Numbered from the stretch's first letter, positions 9,866-23,983 are shown. The stretch is DNA of 64,000 nt from Candidatus Sumerlaeia bacterium (GCA_038208905.1 JBBQYG010000002.1:3626-67625); one strand, 5' to 3'. Numbers and translations are program-made. Notes: generated by a model not told the origin, from the sequence alone.

Positions 9866-12232
9866 ATGGAGATGCCTACACTTTCTCCGGAAGTGCTCGA
9901 CGCCATCGATGCCTATTGGCGCGCCGCCAACTACCTGTCGGTAGGCCAGCTTTACCTCCGCGACAATCCGCTGCTGAGACGCCCTCTGGCAGCGACCGAC
10001 ATTAAGCACCTGCTGCTCGGCCACTGGGGCACGACGCCGGGCCAGAATTTCATTTATGTCCACCTAAACCGGGTCATCAAGAAGTTCGATCTGAACATGA
10101 TCTACGTGGCGGGCCCCGGTCACGGCGGCCCAGCCCTCGTCGGTAACACCTACCTTGAGGGAACTTACAGCGAGGTATATCCCCACATCAGCCGGGATGA
10201 GGCGGGGCTGCAAAAGCTGTTTAAGCAGTTCTCCTTTCCCGGCGGAATACCCAGCCACGTATCGCCGGAGTGCCCTGGCTCGATCCACGAGGGTGGTGAA
10301 TTGGGATACTCGCTCAGCCACTCGTTCGGCGCGGTGTTCGATAATCCCGATCTCGTCGTGGCCTGCGTGATTGGCGATGGGGAGGCCGAAACCGGACCGC
10401 TCGCCACGTCGTGGCATTCCAACAAATTCCTCAACCCCATCTCAGACGGTGTTGTGTTGCCGATTCTACATCTGAACGGTTACAAGATCGCCAATCCGAC
10501 GATCTTCGCGCGGATCGAGCCTGAGGAGCTAGACCAGTTGCTGCGCGGCTATGGTTGGAAGCCCTACTACGTTGAGGGCCACGAGCCCGGGCTGATGCAC
10601 GAGGCTATGGCTACCACGCTCGATGCAGTAATGGAGGAGATCAAGCGCATCCAGCACGAAGCGCGCGTCAACGGCAACACCATGCGCCCGCGCTGGCCGA
10701 TGATCGTGCTCAAGTCACCGAAAGGCTGGACGGGCGTGAAATGGGTGGACGGCCTCCAAATCGAGGGCACGTTCCGCGCGCACCAAGTGCCGCTCTCCGG
10801 TCCGCGGGAGAATCCCGAACATCTCAGGTTGCTTGAGGAGTGGATGCGCAGCTACCGCCCGGAAGAACTCTTCGACGAGCAGGGGCAGTTGATGCCGGAA
10901 CTGGCGGATCTGGCACCCGAGGGCGAACGCCGCATGGGCGCGAATCCCCATGCCAACGGCGGCCTACTGCTGCGCGACCTCATCATGCCGGACTTTCGAG
11001 ACTACGCGGTGGACGTGCCGTTCCCCGGCGCCGTGGAGGCTTCCGACGCGCATGAGCTGGGCGTGTTCCTGCGTGACGTGACCAAGCTAAACCAGGAACA
11101 CCGCAATTTCCGCATCTTTGGCCCCGACGAAACGCTTTCCAATCGCCTGAACGCAGTCTTCGAGGTGACGGATCGACAGTGGGACGCACGCATCCAGGAT
11201 GACGACGAGTTCCTCGCCTTGGAAGGTCGCGTCATGGAAATGTTGAGCGAGCACCAATGCGAAGGCTGGCTCGAAGGATACTTGCTGACCGGTCGCCACG
11301 GGCTTTTCAATAGCTACGAAGCATTCATTCACATCGTTGACTCGATGTTCAACCAGCATGCCAAGTGGCTGAAGGTCACGGCAGGACTGCCGTGGAGGCG
11401 GGAGATCGCGTCGCTGAACTACCTGCTGGCTTCCCATGTCTGGCAACAGATGCACAACGGTCTGACACATCAGGACCCAGGCTTTATCGATATCGTCGCG
11501 AACAAGAAGGCCTCCGTCGTGCGGGTCTATCTGGCTCCGGATGCAAATTGCCTGCTCTCGATCTGGGATCATTGTTTGCGCAGCCGCCACTACGTCAACG
11601 TCGTGATTGCTGGCAAATATATGGCGCCGCAGTGGCTGACGATGGACGCCGCGGTGAAGCATTGCTCCGAGGGAATCGGCATCTGGCAGTGGGCGAGCAG
11701 TGACCAAGGCGGCGAGCCCGATGTCGTCATGGCCTGCTGTGGCGATGTGCCCACCCTTGAGACCATGGCCGCCGTCTCCATCATGCGCAAGCATCTCCCC
11801 GACCTAAAAGTCCGTGTCGTCAACGTCGTTGATCTGATGAAACTGCAACCGCAGAGCGAGCATCCGCACGGTCTGAGCGATCAGGTCTTCGACGCACTTT
11901 TCACCAAGGACAAGCATGTGATCTTCGCCTTCCACGGCTATCCTTGGCTGATTCACCGTCTCACATACCGGCGGACCAACCATCACAACATTCACGTTCG
12001 CGGCTACAAGGAGGAGGGCACAATCACGACCCCATTTGACATGACAGTCCTGAATCAGCTCGACCGCTTCCATTTGGTGATGGACACGATCGATCGCCTG
12101 CCTCAGACGGGCGAAAGGGGCATCCAGCTGAAAAGCGGGCTCCAGAATAAGCTCGTTGAACACAAACGCTTCATCGACGAGCATGGCTTGGATATGCCGG
12201 AGATACGCAATTGGAAGTGGAGTAGCTCATAA
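9866..12232 (+). CDS. xfp: Xylulose-5-phosphate/fructose-6-phosphate phosphoketolase
   Basis: ~790 aa; [91 protein letters not shown] are classic Xfp signatures. ATG 3 nt after ackA stop with GGGAGGA RBS inside ackA 3' end. Confidence 0.9.
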   Translation: MEMPTLSPEVLDAIDAYWRAANYLSVGQLYLRDNPLLRRPLAATDIKHLLLGHWGTTPGQNFIYVHLNRVIKKFDLNMIYVAGPGHGGPALVGNTYLEGTYSEVYPHISRDEAGLQKLFKQFSFPGGIPSHVSPECPGSIHEGGELGYSLSHSFGAVFDNPDLVVACVIGDGEAETGPLATSWHSNKFLNPISDGVVLPILHLNGYKIANPTIFARIEPEELDQLLRGYGWKPYYVEGHEPGLMHEAMATTLDAVMEEIKRIQHEARVNGNTMRPRWPMIVLKSPKGWTGVKWVDGLQIEGTFRAHQVPLSGPRENPEHLRLLEEWMRSYRPEELFDEQGQLMPELADLAPEGERRMGANPHANGGLLLRDLIMPDFRDYAVDVPFPGAVEASDAHELGVFLRDVTKLNQEHRNFRIFGPDETLSNRLNAVFEVTDRQWDARIQDDDEFLALEGRVMEMLSEHQCEGWLEGYLLTGRHGLFNSYEAFIHIVDSMFNQHAKWLKVTAGLPWRREIASLNYLLASHVWQQMHNGLTHQDPGFIDIVANKKASVVRVYLAPDANCLLSIWDHCLRSRHYVNVVIAGKYMAPQWLTMDAAVKHCSEGIGIWQWASSDQGGEPDVVMACCGDVPTLETMAAVSIMRKHLPDLKVRVVNVVDLMKLQPQSEHPHGLSDQVFDALFTKDKHVIFAFHGYPWLIHRLTYRRTNHHNIHVRGYKEEGTITTPFDMTVLNQLDRFHLVMDTIDRLPQTGERGIQLKSGLQNKLVEHKRFIDEHGLDMPEIRNWKWSSS

Positions 12233-12382
12233 TGAATATGCAGGCGGTCCCCCGAGCGTGTCGTTTATCGGCTGATGGATGGCTGGAGGCGGCGCTCTGC
12301 TCACTCGACAGTGGCGACGCGCCCATGACAGGGCGGTGGAAGTCCCTGAAAGACTTCAAATCCAATCTGGTTCTATTGATCT

Positions 12383-13926
12383 ATGAATAGAATCCAGAAA
12401 TTCTGGAACGATCTGCGATCCAACTTCTGGTTCGTTCCTTCGATCATCGTCCTGGTCAGTATTGCTCTTGCGGCGGTTCTGATTGGCGCAGACTCCACGG
12501 CCAGCCGACAATGGCTCGGTCAATGGCCGCGGCTGTTTGGGTCGGGGGCCGAGGGCGCTCGCGGAATGATGTCAACGATTGCGGGCTCGATGATGACCGT
12601 GGTGGGCGTTTCGTTCTCCATGATCCTGATGGTTCTGGCATTGGCTTCCACCCAATATACCTCACGTGTTCTGCGGAATTTCATGCGTAGCCGCGAAACG
12701 CAGGTCGTGCTCGGGATATTCGCCGGCATCTTCACCTATAGTCTAATCGTTCTGCGCTCGATTCGCAGCGGCGACGAGGGCGCGTTTGTTCCAAGCCTGG
12801 CGGTCTTTTTTGGCTTCGTACTGGCGCTCGGTGGGGTGGGAACCCTCATCTTCTTTATCCATCACATTGCCTCTTCGATTCAGGCTTCCAGCATCATCGC
12901 GTCAGTTGCCTACGAAACCATGGCAGCCATGGACCGCCTGTTTCCTGAAAAGCTTGGACAGGAACCGGAAGTGGAGTTGGACGATTCCATCATTCACCCG
13001 CTTGGCGAGCGGAGTTGGCACCCCATCCTGTCTGCTCGCAACGGGTACATTCTAAACGTGGACACCGATGCGCTCCTGTCCGTGGCGCGCGAACAAAAGA
13101 CAATCGTGCGAATGGAACGTGGCATCGGCCAGTTCACTGTTCAGAACACCGTCCTTTTCTCTCTCGCGATGGAAGAGCCGCCGAACAATAAGACGATCAA
13201 AGCCCTGCTGGCGGCCTTCGACATCAGCAGCCACCGCACGATCGAGCAGGACATAGAATTTGGCATTCGACAAATCGTTGATATCGCGATGAGGGCCCTA
13301 TCGCCCGGGGTCAACGACACCACGACGGCCGTAATGTGCGTCGACTACTTGACGGCGATCATGGCGCGCCTTGCGCCGCGACCCATGCCATCATTGCACC
13401 GCCACGAGGATGGACATTTGCGGGTGATCGCCAAGGCCCTGAGTTATGACGGATTGTTGGCAGAAGCGTTTGACCAGATTCGCAGCAACTCCAAGGGCAA
13501 TGTTGCCGTCATGCGGCGAATGCTCGGAGGTCTTCAAACCGTCGCCGCCCTAACGGCCAGGCCGGACCGGCGTCGAGCGATTAGCCAACAAGTGCGGTGG
13601 ATCGCCGATATCGCCGATCGCACGCTCGACTATGCTCAGGACCGCGCGGAGATCAACACCGCCTTGGAGTCCGTGCGCGAAATGCTGGAATTCGATCCTA
13701 TCGGGGAGCATGAGAACGACATGGAAGTCTTGCCGCTGATTCGCGAGTGGAGCGATAAACGGCCCGCGGAGCCATGCACACGCGAAACCGGCATCGAGGC
13801 CATGAGGCGACGGGCAATCGATCGATGGGAAAACGAAGGCGGAGTGATCCTGCCGCCCGAGCCCGGTGAACCGCGAGGCGGCGCGCGAGTCTCAGATTCG
13901 GTCGCAGCCCGGGGGTACCTGACGCC

Positions 13927-13930
<4 letters not shown>
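12383..13930 (+). CDS. DUF2254-family integral membrane protein
   Basis: 515 aa; N-terminal multi-TM region (FWFVPSIIVLVSIALAAVLIG...MMTVVGVSFSMILMVLALASTQYTSRVLRNF) then a large soluble domain. Pattern recalled as DUF2254. 4-bp ATGA overlap with the downstream gene. Confidence 0.45.
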
Positions 13931-16561
<2,631 letters not shown>

Positions 16562-16569
<8 letters not shown>

Positions 16570-16900
16570 CAAACCGAGCATAAAGGGAGTCGGCGATAAG
16601 GATGAATTCAGGCGCGAGGTTGCGGCAAAGACGAGACGTAAACTGAGGGCGCGCCGAAATCCCGGGTCGGGGGTGTGGTTTGGCTTGGGGATGATGGGGC
16701 TGATCGGTTGGTCGATTGTCGTTCCGACCCTCCTGGGAACGGCGCTCGGCATCTGGTTGGACAAGCGCCATACGGGAAGCCATTCCTGGACGCTGATGCT
16801 TCTCATGATCGGCCTGGTGCTCGGCTGTCTGAATGCCTGGCATTGGGTTTCAGACCAGGACAGATCGATGAGGGAAAACGAGGAGAACGACGATGAATGA
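16562..16900 (+). CDS. atpQ: N-ATPase AtpQ (AtpZ/AtpI-like small membrane protein, PF09527-like)
   Basis: 112 aa, two TM helices (GVWFGLGMMGLIGWSIVVPTLLGTALGIWLD; WTLMLLMIGLVLGCLNAWHW). Position between atpC and atpR as in N-ATPase operons. Confidence 0.55.
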
Positions 16901-17207
16901 GATGATAGGCTTACTGCTGTCGCTCGTGGCTGGGCTGTCGCTTGGAGCCCTCTTCTTCGGCGGGCTTTGGTGGGCCACTCGCAGGGCAATGCTATCAAGC
17001 CAACCGGTCTATTGGTTTCTCGGCAGCATGTTGCTGCGGTCGAGCATCGTCCTTGCCGGTTTCTATTTCGTCGCCCAGGGACAGTGGCATCGGCTGATCC
17101 CTTGTCTTCTCGGCTTTGTGGCGGCCCGGATCCTAGTGGTGCGGCTGACGAAGCCGCGGAGGGAACTGTCTGCTGGTCCAGAGGAGGTGCCCATCCATGC
17201 GCCTTAG
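16893..17207 (+). CDS. atpR: N-ATPase AtpR subunit (small membrane protein with conserved Arg)
   Basis: 104 aa; two TM helices with intramembrane arginines (GLWWATRRAML; VAARILVVRL). Operon position immediately upstream of the a subunit. Confidence 0.55.
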   Translation: MNEMIGLLLSLVAGLSLGALFFGGLWWATRRAMLSSQPVYWFLGSMLLRSSIVLAGFYFVAQGQWHRLIPCLLGFVAARILVVRLTKPRRELSAGPEEVPIHAP

Positions 17208-17919
17208 TCCTGACGAAATTGTATACTGGCAGTATGGATACTTCAAACTCAACGCCACGCTCGTGTTCACGTGGGGGCTGATGCTGTTGCTCGCCGTCGG
17301 CTCGAAGGTCATTACGAGAAAACTCTCGGTCGATCTGGATCGCTCGCGCTGGCAGAACTTTGTGGAGATCATTGTTTTGGGAATCATGAAGCAAATCGAG
17401 GAGGTTGGTTTGGCCAACCCGAGGAAATATCTGGCATTTCTGGGCACGCTCTTTCTGTTCATCGCCATGGCTAGTCTCTGCACGATCATTCCCGGGTATG
17501 AGACACCGACCGGTTCTCTGTCCACCACCATTGCGCTCGCTCTCTGCGTGTTCGTCGCTGTGCCACTCTTCGGCATCGAGGATCAAGGATTGATTGACTA
17601 CCTAAAGTCCTACCTGAAGCCGACCTACATCATGCTCCCCTTCAATGTCATCAGCGAGTTATCTCGTACGCTGGCTCTGGCCGTCCGCCTGTTTGGCAAT
17701 ATGATGAGCGGCGCGATGATCGTCGCGATCCTCGTCACCATCACGCCGCTCATCTTTCCGATCGTCATGACGCTACTCGGGCTTTTGACCGGTATGGTGC
17801 AGGCCTATATCTTCACCATTCTAGCCGCCGTCTATATCGCGGCCGCGATGCACGTGCGCGGCGCGGCGGGCGACGCGAAGGAATCGCAATCCAACCAGAC
17901 CGCCGCGGTCGGAAAGTGA
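17197..17919 (+). CDS. atpB: ATP synthase F0 subunit a
   Basis: 240 aa polytopic protein with the invariant a-subunit arginine in ALAVRLFGNMMSG. Confidence 0.8.
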   Translation: MRLSPDEIVYWQYGYFKLNATLVFTWGLMLLLAVGSKVITRKLSVDLDRSRWQNFVEIIVLGIMKQIEEVGLANPRKYLAFLGTLFLFIAMASLCTIIPGYETPTGSLSTTIALALCVFVAVPLFGIEDQGLIDYLKSYLKPTYIMLPFNVISELSRTLALAVRLFGNMMSGAMIVAILVTITPLIFPIVMTLLGLLTGMVQAYIFTILAAVYIAAAMHVRGAAGDAKESQSNQTAAVGK

Positions 17920-18617
17920 GGAACGGGATGCTTCACCGGGAAAAGCATCGGACGGACCGCATCGGCTGGCTGCCTGCGACCGTTCTCGGCGCAAACGACG
18001 GTGTCGTTTCGACCGCCAGTCTAATCGTCGGCGTCGCGGCAGCCCATGCCACCAGCGCCCAAATCCTTATAGCTGGCGCGACAGGATTGGTCGCCGGAAC
18101 CATGTCGATGGCGGCTGGAGAATACGTTTCGGTCAGTTCCCAGGCGGATACCGAGGCGGTGGATATTGCCATCGAAGAGGGGGAAATCGCGGCCGACCCG
18201 GGGAGAGAATTGATCGAGTTGGCGAGGATATGTGAGTCGCGTGGACTTGATCCCGCCCTTGCGACACAGGCAGCCGAGCAACTTACCGCCAGGGACGCGC
18301 TCGGTGCCCACGCCCGCGACGAACTCGGCATATTCTACGCCCTGAGAGCCAAACCCGTGCAGGCGGCGTTTGCTTCGTCGGGCTCATTGGCCGTGGGCGC
18401 CGCCATGCCACTGTTGACGGTAGTCGTTTCTGCCGAGCGCTACCTGATCCTGCTGGTTTCCAAATTCTCTCTGCTTCTCCTTGCGCTACTGGGCGGCGCG
18501 GCCGCGTTCGCCGGGGGCGCCAGTGCGAGGAAAGGGGCTCTGAGCGTCACTCTATGGGGCGCTTTCGCGATGGTTATCACCGCCGCCGTCGGAACTCTAT
18601 TTGGAGCCGTGCGATGA
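17916..18617 (+). CDS. VIT1/CCC1-family (Fe2+/Mn2+) transporter embedded in the ATPase operon
   Basis: LGANDGVVSTASLIVGVAAA, MSMAAGEYVSVSSQ, acidic cytoplasmic stretch EAVDIAIEEGEIAADPGRELIELARICESRGLDPALATQAAEQL, then three C-terminal TM helices. This is the full VIT1 topology with no N-terminal ferritin domain. GTG at 17916 overlaps the atpB stop; alternative ATG at 17928. Confidence 0.7.
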   Translation: MRNGMLHREKHRTDRIGWLPATVLGANDGVVSTASLIVGVAAAHATSAQILIAGATGLVAGTMSMAAGEYVSVSSQADTEAVDIAIEEGEIAADPGRELIELARICESRGLDPALATQAAEQLTARDALGAHARDELGIFYALRAKPVQAAFASSGSLAVGAAMPLLTVVVSAERYLILLVSKFSLLLLALLGGAAAFAGGASARKGALSVTLWGAFAMVITAAVGTLFGAVR

Positions 18618-18705
18618 CGCAATTTGACTGCGAGCTTGACGTGAAGGCCAGGGGCATTACGGCAACTCCCATGACCTGCCGCATCCAATCAACAGACCAA
18701 AGGAG

Positions 18706-18993
18706 ATGGACATGGACAGCATGACAATCATTGCGGTGGCATCAATCGTCATCGCGGGAATCACCACCGGATTTGGCACAATGGGTCCCGCGCTGGCCGA
18801 GGGAAAAGCCGTCGCTACGGCCCTGACTTCGCTGGCCGAGCAACCCGATGCCTCCGCCACAATCACCAGAACGCTGTTCGTTGGGTTGGCGATGATCGAA
18901 TCGACCGCCATCTATTGCTTCGTGGTTTCGATGATCCTCATCTTCGCCAATCCATTCTGGAACCACGTCATCGCCCAGGCGGCGGGAAAGTAA
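18706..18993 (+). CDS. atpE: ATP synthase F0 subunit c (Na+-type motif)
   Basis: 95 aa hairpin protein; TM2 carries ESTAIY, matching the E-S-T-x-x-Y Na+-ligand set of Ilyobacter/Propionigenium c subunits (ESTGIY, from memory). TM1 contains an extra Glu (ALAEGKAV). AGGAG RBS. Confidence 0.8.
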   Translation: MDMDSMTIIAVASIVIAGITTGFGTMGPALAEGKAVATALTSLAEQPDASATITRTLFVGLAMIESTAIYCFVVSMILIFANPFWNHVIAQAAGK

Positions 18994-18996
18994 CCC

Positions 18997-19806
18997 ATGC
19001 TGATCGATTGGTTCACCGTCGGCGCGCAACTGCTGAACTTTCTCATCCTTGTCTGGCTGATGAGGCGGTTTCTCTATAAGCCGATCCTCCGCGCCATCGA
19101 TGAGCGCGAGAAGCGAATCGCCTCTCAACTTTCTGACGCCGACGCCAAACGGGCGGAAGCGAAAAAGGGGCGCGATGAATTCCAGGCCAAGAACGAGGAA
19201 TTCGACCGACAGCGTGCGGCGATGCTGAGCCAAGCGGCCGACGAGGCGAAGAAGGAGCGTCAGCGCCTTCTCGACGAGGCGCGATCCGCCGCCGACGCCC
19301 TGAGTGCGAAACGACAGGAATCGACGCGAACCGAGGAGCAGAGTTTGCGCTCGGCAATCGCCCGGCGGACTCAGGAGGAAGTATTCGCGATCGCGCGAAG
19401 GGCGCTGAAGGATCTCTCCGGGACTAGCCTCGAGGATCGCATGGGAGAAGTCTTTACCCAACGCGTGCGAGAGATGGACGGCCAGCCGAAATCAGATCTC
19501 GCCACGGCCCTGAGGACGGTCTCCGGCGCCGCGATTGTGCGAACCGCTTTTGACTTGCCGACGGAGCAAAGGGCAACAATTCAACGTGCGCTCAACGAAA
19601 CTTTCTCGTCCGATATTCCCCTTCGCTTTGAAACGGCGCCGGATATTATCGGAGGAATCGAGCTCATCGCGAACGGTCAAAAGGTTGCCTGGAGTATCGC
19701 GGAATACCTCGCGTCGCTGGAAAGCAGTATCGAAGAACTCCTCAACAAGAAGGACAAGCCAGAGGCTAAAATGGAAAAGCCAGGCCCGGAAGCAAAGAGC
19801 CAATGA
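18997..19806 (+). CDS. atpF: ATP synthase F0 subunit b with delta-like C-terminal region
   Basis: 269 aa; N-terminal TM ([11 protein letters not shown]), long charged coiled coil, C-terminus [22 protein letters not shown] resembling the delta/OSCP C-terminus. No separate atpH is present, as in N-ATPases. Confidence 0.7.
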   Translation: MLIDWFTVGAQLLNFLILVWLMRRFLYKPILRAIDEREKRIASQLSDADAKRAEAKKGRDEFQAKNEEFDRQRAAMLSQAADEAKKERQRLLDEARSAADALSAKRQESTRTEEQSLRSAIARRTQEEVFAIARRALKDLSGTSLEDRMGEVFTQRVREMDGQPKSDLATALRTVSGAAIVRTAFDLPTEQRATIQRALNETFSSDIPLRFETAPDIIGGIELIANGQKVAWSIAEYLASLESSIEELLNKKDKPEAKMEKPGPEAKSQ

Positions 19807-21356
19807 ACGGAGAGCCTGAAAGCCTGCGGAAGGTCTTCGACGGCGCCTTTGCCCGTGTGACCGAGGCGAGGGAAGCGTTCTCGCCGACACTGACACCGCG
19901 CGAAGTGGGTGTGATCGCGAGTGTCTCAACCGGCATTGCCATCGTCACGGGATTGCCCGGCGTGAGCTATGATGAAGTGCTCACGTTCCCCGGCGGCGTA
20001 CCCGGCATCGCCTTCAACGTGGACGAGGAAGAAGTGGGCGTTGTTCTGCTCCGCGCCTATTGGCACCTGAAGGCTGGCGATGAAGTGCAGCGCACGGGAC
20101 GCGTCATGGAGGTGGGAGTGGGTGACGGATTGCTGGGTCGCGTCCTCGACCCACTTGGTCAGCCGCTCGATGGCAACGGACCCTTGACCTTCAGCGGGCG
20201 ACTGCCGGTTGAGCGCCCCGCACCGCCGATCATGGATCGCGCGCCCGTTACCGTTCCGCTTCAGACCGGACTCAAGGTCGTCGATGCGCTCATTCCCGTG
20301 GGGCGAGGCCAGCGCGAATTGATTCTGGGCGACCGCCAGACAGGCAAAACTGCTGTCGCGATCGACACCATCCTCAATCAGAAGAACCACAATGTGGTTT
20401 GCGTCTATTGCGCCATCGGGCAGCGCGCGTCGGCGGTTGCCAAGACGGTGGCAAGCATGAGGGAGCGGGGCGCGATGGAATACACCGTTGTCGTGGTGGC
20501 AGAAGGCGACGCCCCGCCTGGTCTCTCCTACATCGCTCCCTATGCGGCCACGAGCATCGCCGAATCCTTCATGGAAGCGGGGAGGGATGTGCTGATCGTT
20601 TACGACGATCTGACGCATCATGCCCGCGCCTATCGCGAACTCTCGCTTCTGCTCCGCCGGCCCCCCGGTCGCGAGGCGTTTCCCGGCGACATCTTCTACA
20701 TCCACTCTCGCCTGCTTGAGCGGGCGACGCATCTGCGCAAGGAACTCGGCGGCGGGTCACTCTCCGCGCTCCCCATCATCGAGACGGAAGCCCAAAACCT
20801 TTCGGCCTATATTCCCACGAACCTGATTTCCATAACGGATGGACAGATATATCTGTCTCCCGCGCTGTTTGAGCTTGGCGTCCTGCCCGCCGTCGATGTC
20901 GCCAAATCGGTCTCGCGCGTCGGCGGGAAAGCCCAGAGGCCTGCCTACAGGGCGGTAACGGGCGACCTTAAGCTCGCCTACTCGCAGTTCGAGGAGCTCG
21001 AAACCTTCTCCCGCTTCGGAGCCCGGCTGGACGAGAGCACGCGCAAAATTATCGATCATGGGCGACGTATTCGAGCCTGCCTCAAGCAGCCCGAATTCAC
21101 CCCCGTTCCCGTTATGGGGCAAATTGCCATTCTGTTGGCACTGAGCGAGGGTCTCTTCGACCAAGTACCGATCGAGAAGATGACGGACGCCGAAACTGCC
21201 GTGCAGGATGCGGCGGATAAGATCCCCGCGGAGGTCAGCGAGCGACTGGATACCGCCGACAAGTTGAGCGATCAGGATCGCGAGGCGATCCTCCAGATTG
21301 TCCGCACCGCCCTCCTTCCGTTCCAGCAAAAACCTGAACCGGACAAGAAGCCGTGA
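19803..21356 (+). CDS. atpA: ATP synthase F1 alpha subunit
   Basis: [20 protein letters not shown]-loop; full alpha-subunit length (517 aa). Confidence 0.9.
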   Translation: MNGEPESLRKVFDGAFARVTEAREAFSPTLTPREVGVIASVSTGIAIVTGLPGVSYDEVLTFPGGVPGIAFNVDEEEVGVVLLRAYWHLKAGDEVQRTGRVMEVGVGDGLLGRVLDPLGQPLDGNGPLTFSGRLPVERPAPPIMDRAPVTVPLQTGLKVVDALIPVGRGQRELILGDRQTGKTAVAIDTILNQKNHNVVCVYCAIGQRASAVAKTVASMRERGAMEYTVVVVAEGDAPPGLSYIAPYAATSIAESFMEAGRDVLIVYDDLTHHARAYRELSLLLRRPPGREAFPGDIFYIHSRLLERATHLRKELGGGSLSALPIIETEAQNLSAYIPTNLISITDGQIYLSPALFELGVLPAVDVAKSVSRVGGKAQRPAYRAVTGDLKLAYSQFEELETFSRFGARLDESTRKIIDHGRRIRACLKQPEFTPVPVMGQIAILLALSEGLFDQVPIEKMTDAETAVQDAADKIPAEVSERLDTADKLSDQDREAILQIVRTALLPFQQKPEPDKKP

Positions 21357-22246
21357 GCGACACCTCCGCAAGCCTGCGCAGGAAAATCGACAGCGCGACA
21401 GATCTCCAATCTGTGGTGCGAACGATGAGGGCTCTCGCAGCCTCCAGCATCACACAATACGAACAATCGGTGCGCTCCCTGACCGAGTACTATCGCATTG
21501 TGGAGCTTGGGCTGGGTGCCTGCCTTCGGGAACGCGGCACGATGACCTTGCTTGCAAAGAAGAAGAATACGGCAAGGGTCGCTGCAATTACCGCGGTGGT
21601 GTTCGGATCAGACCAGGGACTTGTTGGTCAGTTCAATGATGAGGTAGTCGATTTCGCCTCGCAGACACTCGCGTCCCTGCCGGCAAAACCGGAAATCTGG
21701 GCCGTGGGCGAACGCGTTCAAGCCTCGCTGGCCGACGCGGGATTTCCTACACGGGGGCTCTTCGCGGTGCCCGGATCCGCGAAGGCGATCACGCCACTCA
21801 TCGGACGGATTCTCGTGGAGAGCGCGTCGGGTTCCGCACACACAATACATGGTGAATTCCACCTCTTCTATAATCGTCCCAAAACCGGCGCCGCCTATGC
21901 CCCTGTTCATCAGCGTCTGTTGCCGCTCGACGAAAGCTGGCGCAGCAGACTGGCCGCGATCCCCTGGCCGAATGGGAACAAGCCCCAAATCAGGGAGGAT
22001 CACAACGGGACCTTGAGGGCGCTCGTGCGTGAGTACCTCTTCGTCTCCCTTTTTCGCGCTTGCGCCGAATCCCTTGCGAGCGAGAACGCGAGTCGCCTTG
22101 CTGCAATGCAGCGCGCCGACAAAAACATCGACGATCTGCTCGAGGAACTTAATAGCACCTTTCATCGCTTGCGCCAGGACGGTATCGACGCGGAGCTCTT
22201 CGATGTCATTTCCGGCTTTGTTGCGTTGAGCGGGAAAAAGAAGTGA
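21353..22246 (+). CDS. atpG: ATP synthase F1 gamma subunit
   Basis: 297 aa; N-terminal helix [26 protein letters not shown] and C-terminal helix typical of gamma. Last gene of the operon. Confidence 0.75.
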   Translation: MSDTSASLRRKIDSATDLQSVVRTMRALAASSITQYEQSVRSLTEYYRIVELGLGACLRERGTMTLLAKKKNTARVAAITAVVFGSDQGLVGQFNDEVVDFASQTLASLPAKPEIWAVGERVQASLADAGFPTRGLFAVPGSAKAITPLIGRILVESASGSAHTIHGEFHLFYNRPKTGAAYAPVHQRLLPLDESWRSRLAAIPWPNGNKPQIREDHNGTLRALVREYLFVSLFRACAESLASENASRLAAMQRADKNIDDLLEELNSTFHRLRQDGIDAELFDVISGFVALSGKKK

Positions 22247-22531
22247 CTTCAATCCTTCGATTGGCTATGCTCCTGAGCCACGCGCTGGGGGGGCGATTCC
22301 TGAATCTCAGCGAAGGCACTTGCCAGGCGCATTGCCAAAGTAATCTCCAAGCGATACTTTCATTACATACCAATATGGAACCGCCGCCGCCACCTCGCAG
22401 AATGAAGAGCGCCGGATTCGGCTAGGCTTGCGGGGCTCCAAGGCGAACCGTATCCGTCCCGCCCCGACCATGTTGACTTGGGCCCCCTGTGCTGCTCGAC
22501 TGCCGCTTTTCCATCTTGCTGGGGAGAGCGG

Positions 22532-22992
22532 TCATGGGCACGAAGCGGGAATCCGTGTCGGCGGAGCGGGGTATTATCGTTGAGCGGTTCGAGGCGAGCG
22601 GGCTTTCAATGGCGGAGTTTTGCCGGCGGGAGGGGATAGCGTATTCGCAGTTCATGTCCCGGAGGAAGCGGCTTTCGTCCCCGGGTGAATCAGTCGGCGG
22701 CTTTGCGGAGCTGGTGCTGGCGCCGGGGGGCGGGTCGCCCGCGGAAGCGGCGCTCGTGGATCGCCACATCCGGGTCAACGGGGTCGCCCCCGGCCCCATT
22801 TGGACTCCCTTCATTCCAGCCATGGGCAGGGCACCGGATGACGTTGCCGCCCACGGCGACTCCTCGCCAATGAAACGCGCAGGCCAGCCCACCGAATGCG
22901 CCTCCGCCTTCGTGTTCCTCGCGTCGCTGGACAGTACCTCCATGACCGGTCAGGGACTCCACCCCAACGGCGGGGCGATCGTGAACGGCTGA
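22532..22992 (+). pseudogene. Chimeric remnant: IS66-family TnpA (orfA) N-terminal fragment fused in frame to the C-terminal ~85 aa of an SDR (YghA/YdaD general-stress dehydrogenase-like)
   Basis: N-part RESVSAERGIIVERFEASGLSMAEFCRREGIAYSQFMSRRKRL is the HTH of IS66 orfA-type proteins. From ...VDRHIRVNGVAPGPIWTPF...PMKRAGQPTECASAFVFLASLDSTSMTGQGLHPNGGAIVNG it is the conserved SDR C-terminus. No Rossmann TGxxxGxG N-terminus, no orfB/orfC. Confidence 0.6.
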
Positions 22993-23217
22993 TAATTAAA
23001 GGCCTCCGATTGCATTGCGCCCGGCATCATCAGGGTTTTCTGCACGGGAATCTAGTGTGGCGCCTACCGCGCCGACCCGCAGTTTTCACGCAAGATCAGG
23101 AAGGCCAACGATACGCGCCGAAGCAAACAGTTCGCAATCGATGGCCCGCTGTTTGATAGGGGTACATGGCTCGCGCATCCGAATTGTAGACGCTGCCAAA
23201 CTCAGAAAGGTCTTCCG

Positions 23218-23835
23218 ATGAAGCTAAAGAATCTCGAAGCACTCTACGTCGAACAGTTGCAGGACATGCATAGCGCCGAACGCCAGCTCGTGGCGGCCCT
23301 GCCCAAGATGGTCAAGGCGGCAAGTCACCCCGGCCTGGCGGCGGCGTTCAAATCCCACCTCGAGCAAACCAAGCATCACGTCGTAAGCGTTGCTGGGATC
23401 CTTGAGGGGATGGGAAAGAAGGCAGGCGGGAAGAAGTGCAAGGCGATGGAAGGCCTTGTCAAGGAAGGCTCGGAGATCATCGCTGAAGACGCCGAGGAGG
23501 AAGTCCGCGACGCGGGGCTCATCTGCGCCGCGCAGAAGATCGAGCACTACGAGATCGCCACCTACGGCTGCCTTCGCACCTTCGCCGCCCTGCTGGGGAG
23601 AGTTAAGGAGTCTACCCTCCTCCAGAAGCTGCTCGACGAGGAGAAGACCGCCGACGAAGCCCTTACATCCCTCGCAACGGCCGCGATCAATTCCCAGGCC
23701 ATGTCTCCCCCGATGGATGCGGAGCCCCGCCCCAAGCGTGCCGCGGCGCCGCGCCCCAAAGGCGCATCAGGCGCGTCGAGTGCCAAAAAGACTGTCCCGC
23801 CCAAGTCGAAACCGGCATCGCGCGGCAAGACCTGA
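23218..23835 (+). CDS. Ferritin-like DUF892 (YciF family) protein, second paralog, with Lys/Pro/Ala-rich C-terminal tail
   Basis: LEALYVEQLQDMHSAERQLVAALPKM...AAQKIEHYEIATYGCLRTFA parallels the 6472-6984 paralog. Basic low-complexity tail PKRAAAPRPKGASGASSAKKTVPPKSKPASRGKT. Confidence 0.7.
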   Translation: MKLKNLEALYVEQLQDMHSAERQLVAALPKMVKAASHPGLAAAFKSHLEQTKHHVVSVAGILEGMGKKAGGKKCKAMEGLVKEGSEIIAEDAEEEVRDAGLICAAQKIEHYEIATYGCLRTFAALLGRVKESTLLQKLLDEEKTADEALTSLATAAINSQAMSPPMDAEPRPKRAAAPRPKGASGASSAKKTVPPKSKPASRGKT

Positions 23836-23983
23836 GACGGTGTTCCAACCAAGTCGTGCCGCATGCTCCGCCGGCGATGTTTGCTAAATGGGGCACGAAG
23901 GGTGGCCCTATTGAATGACTCGGCCCGAGCCGGGACATAGACGCCATCCTGCCCCAACCGATCACCCGCTTGTAGGGCGTCTT

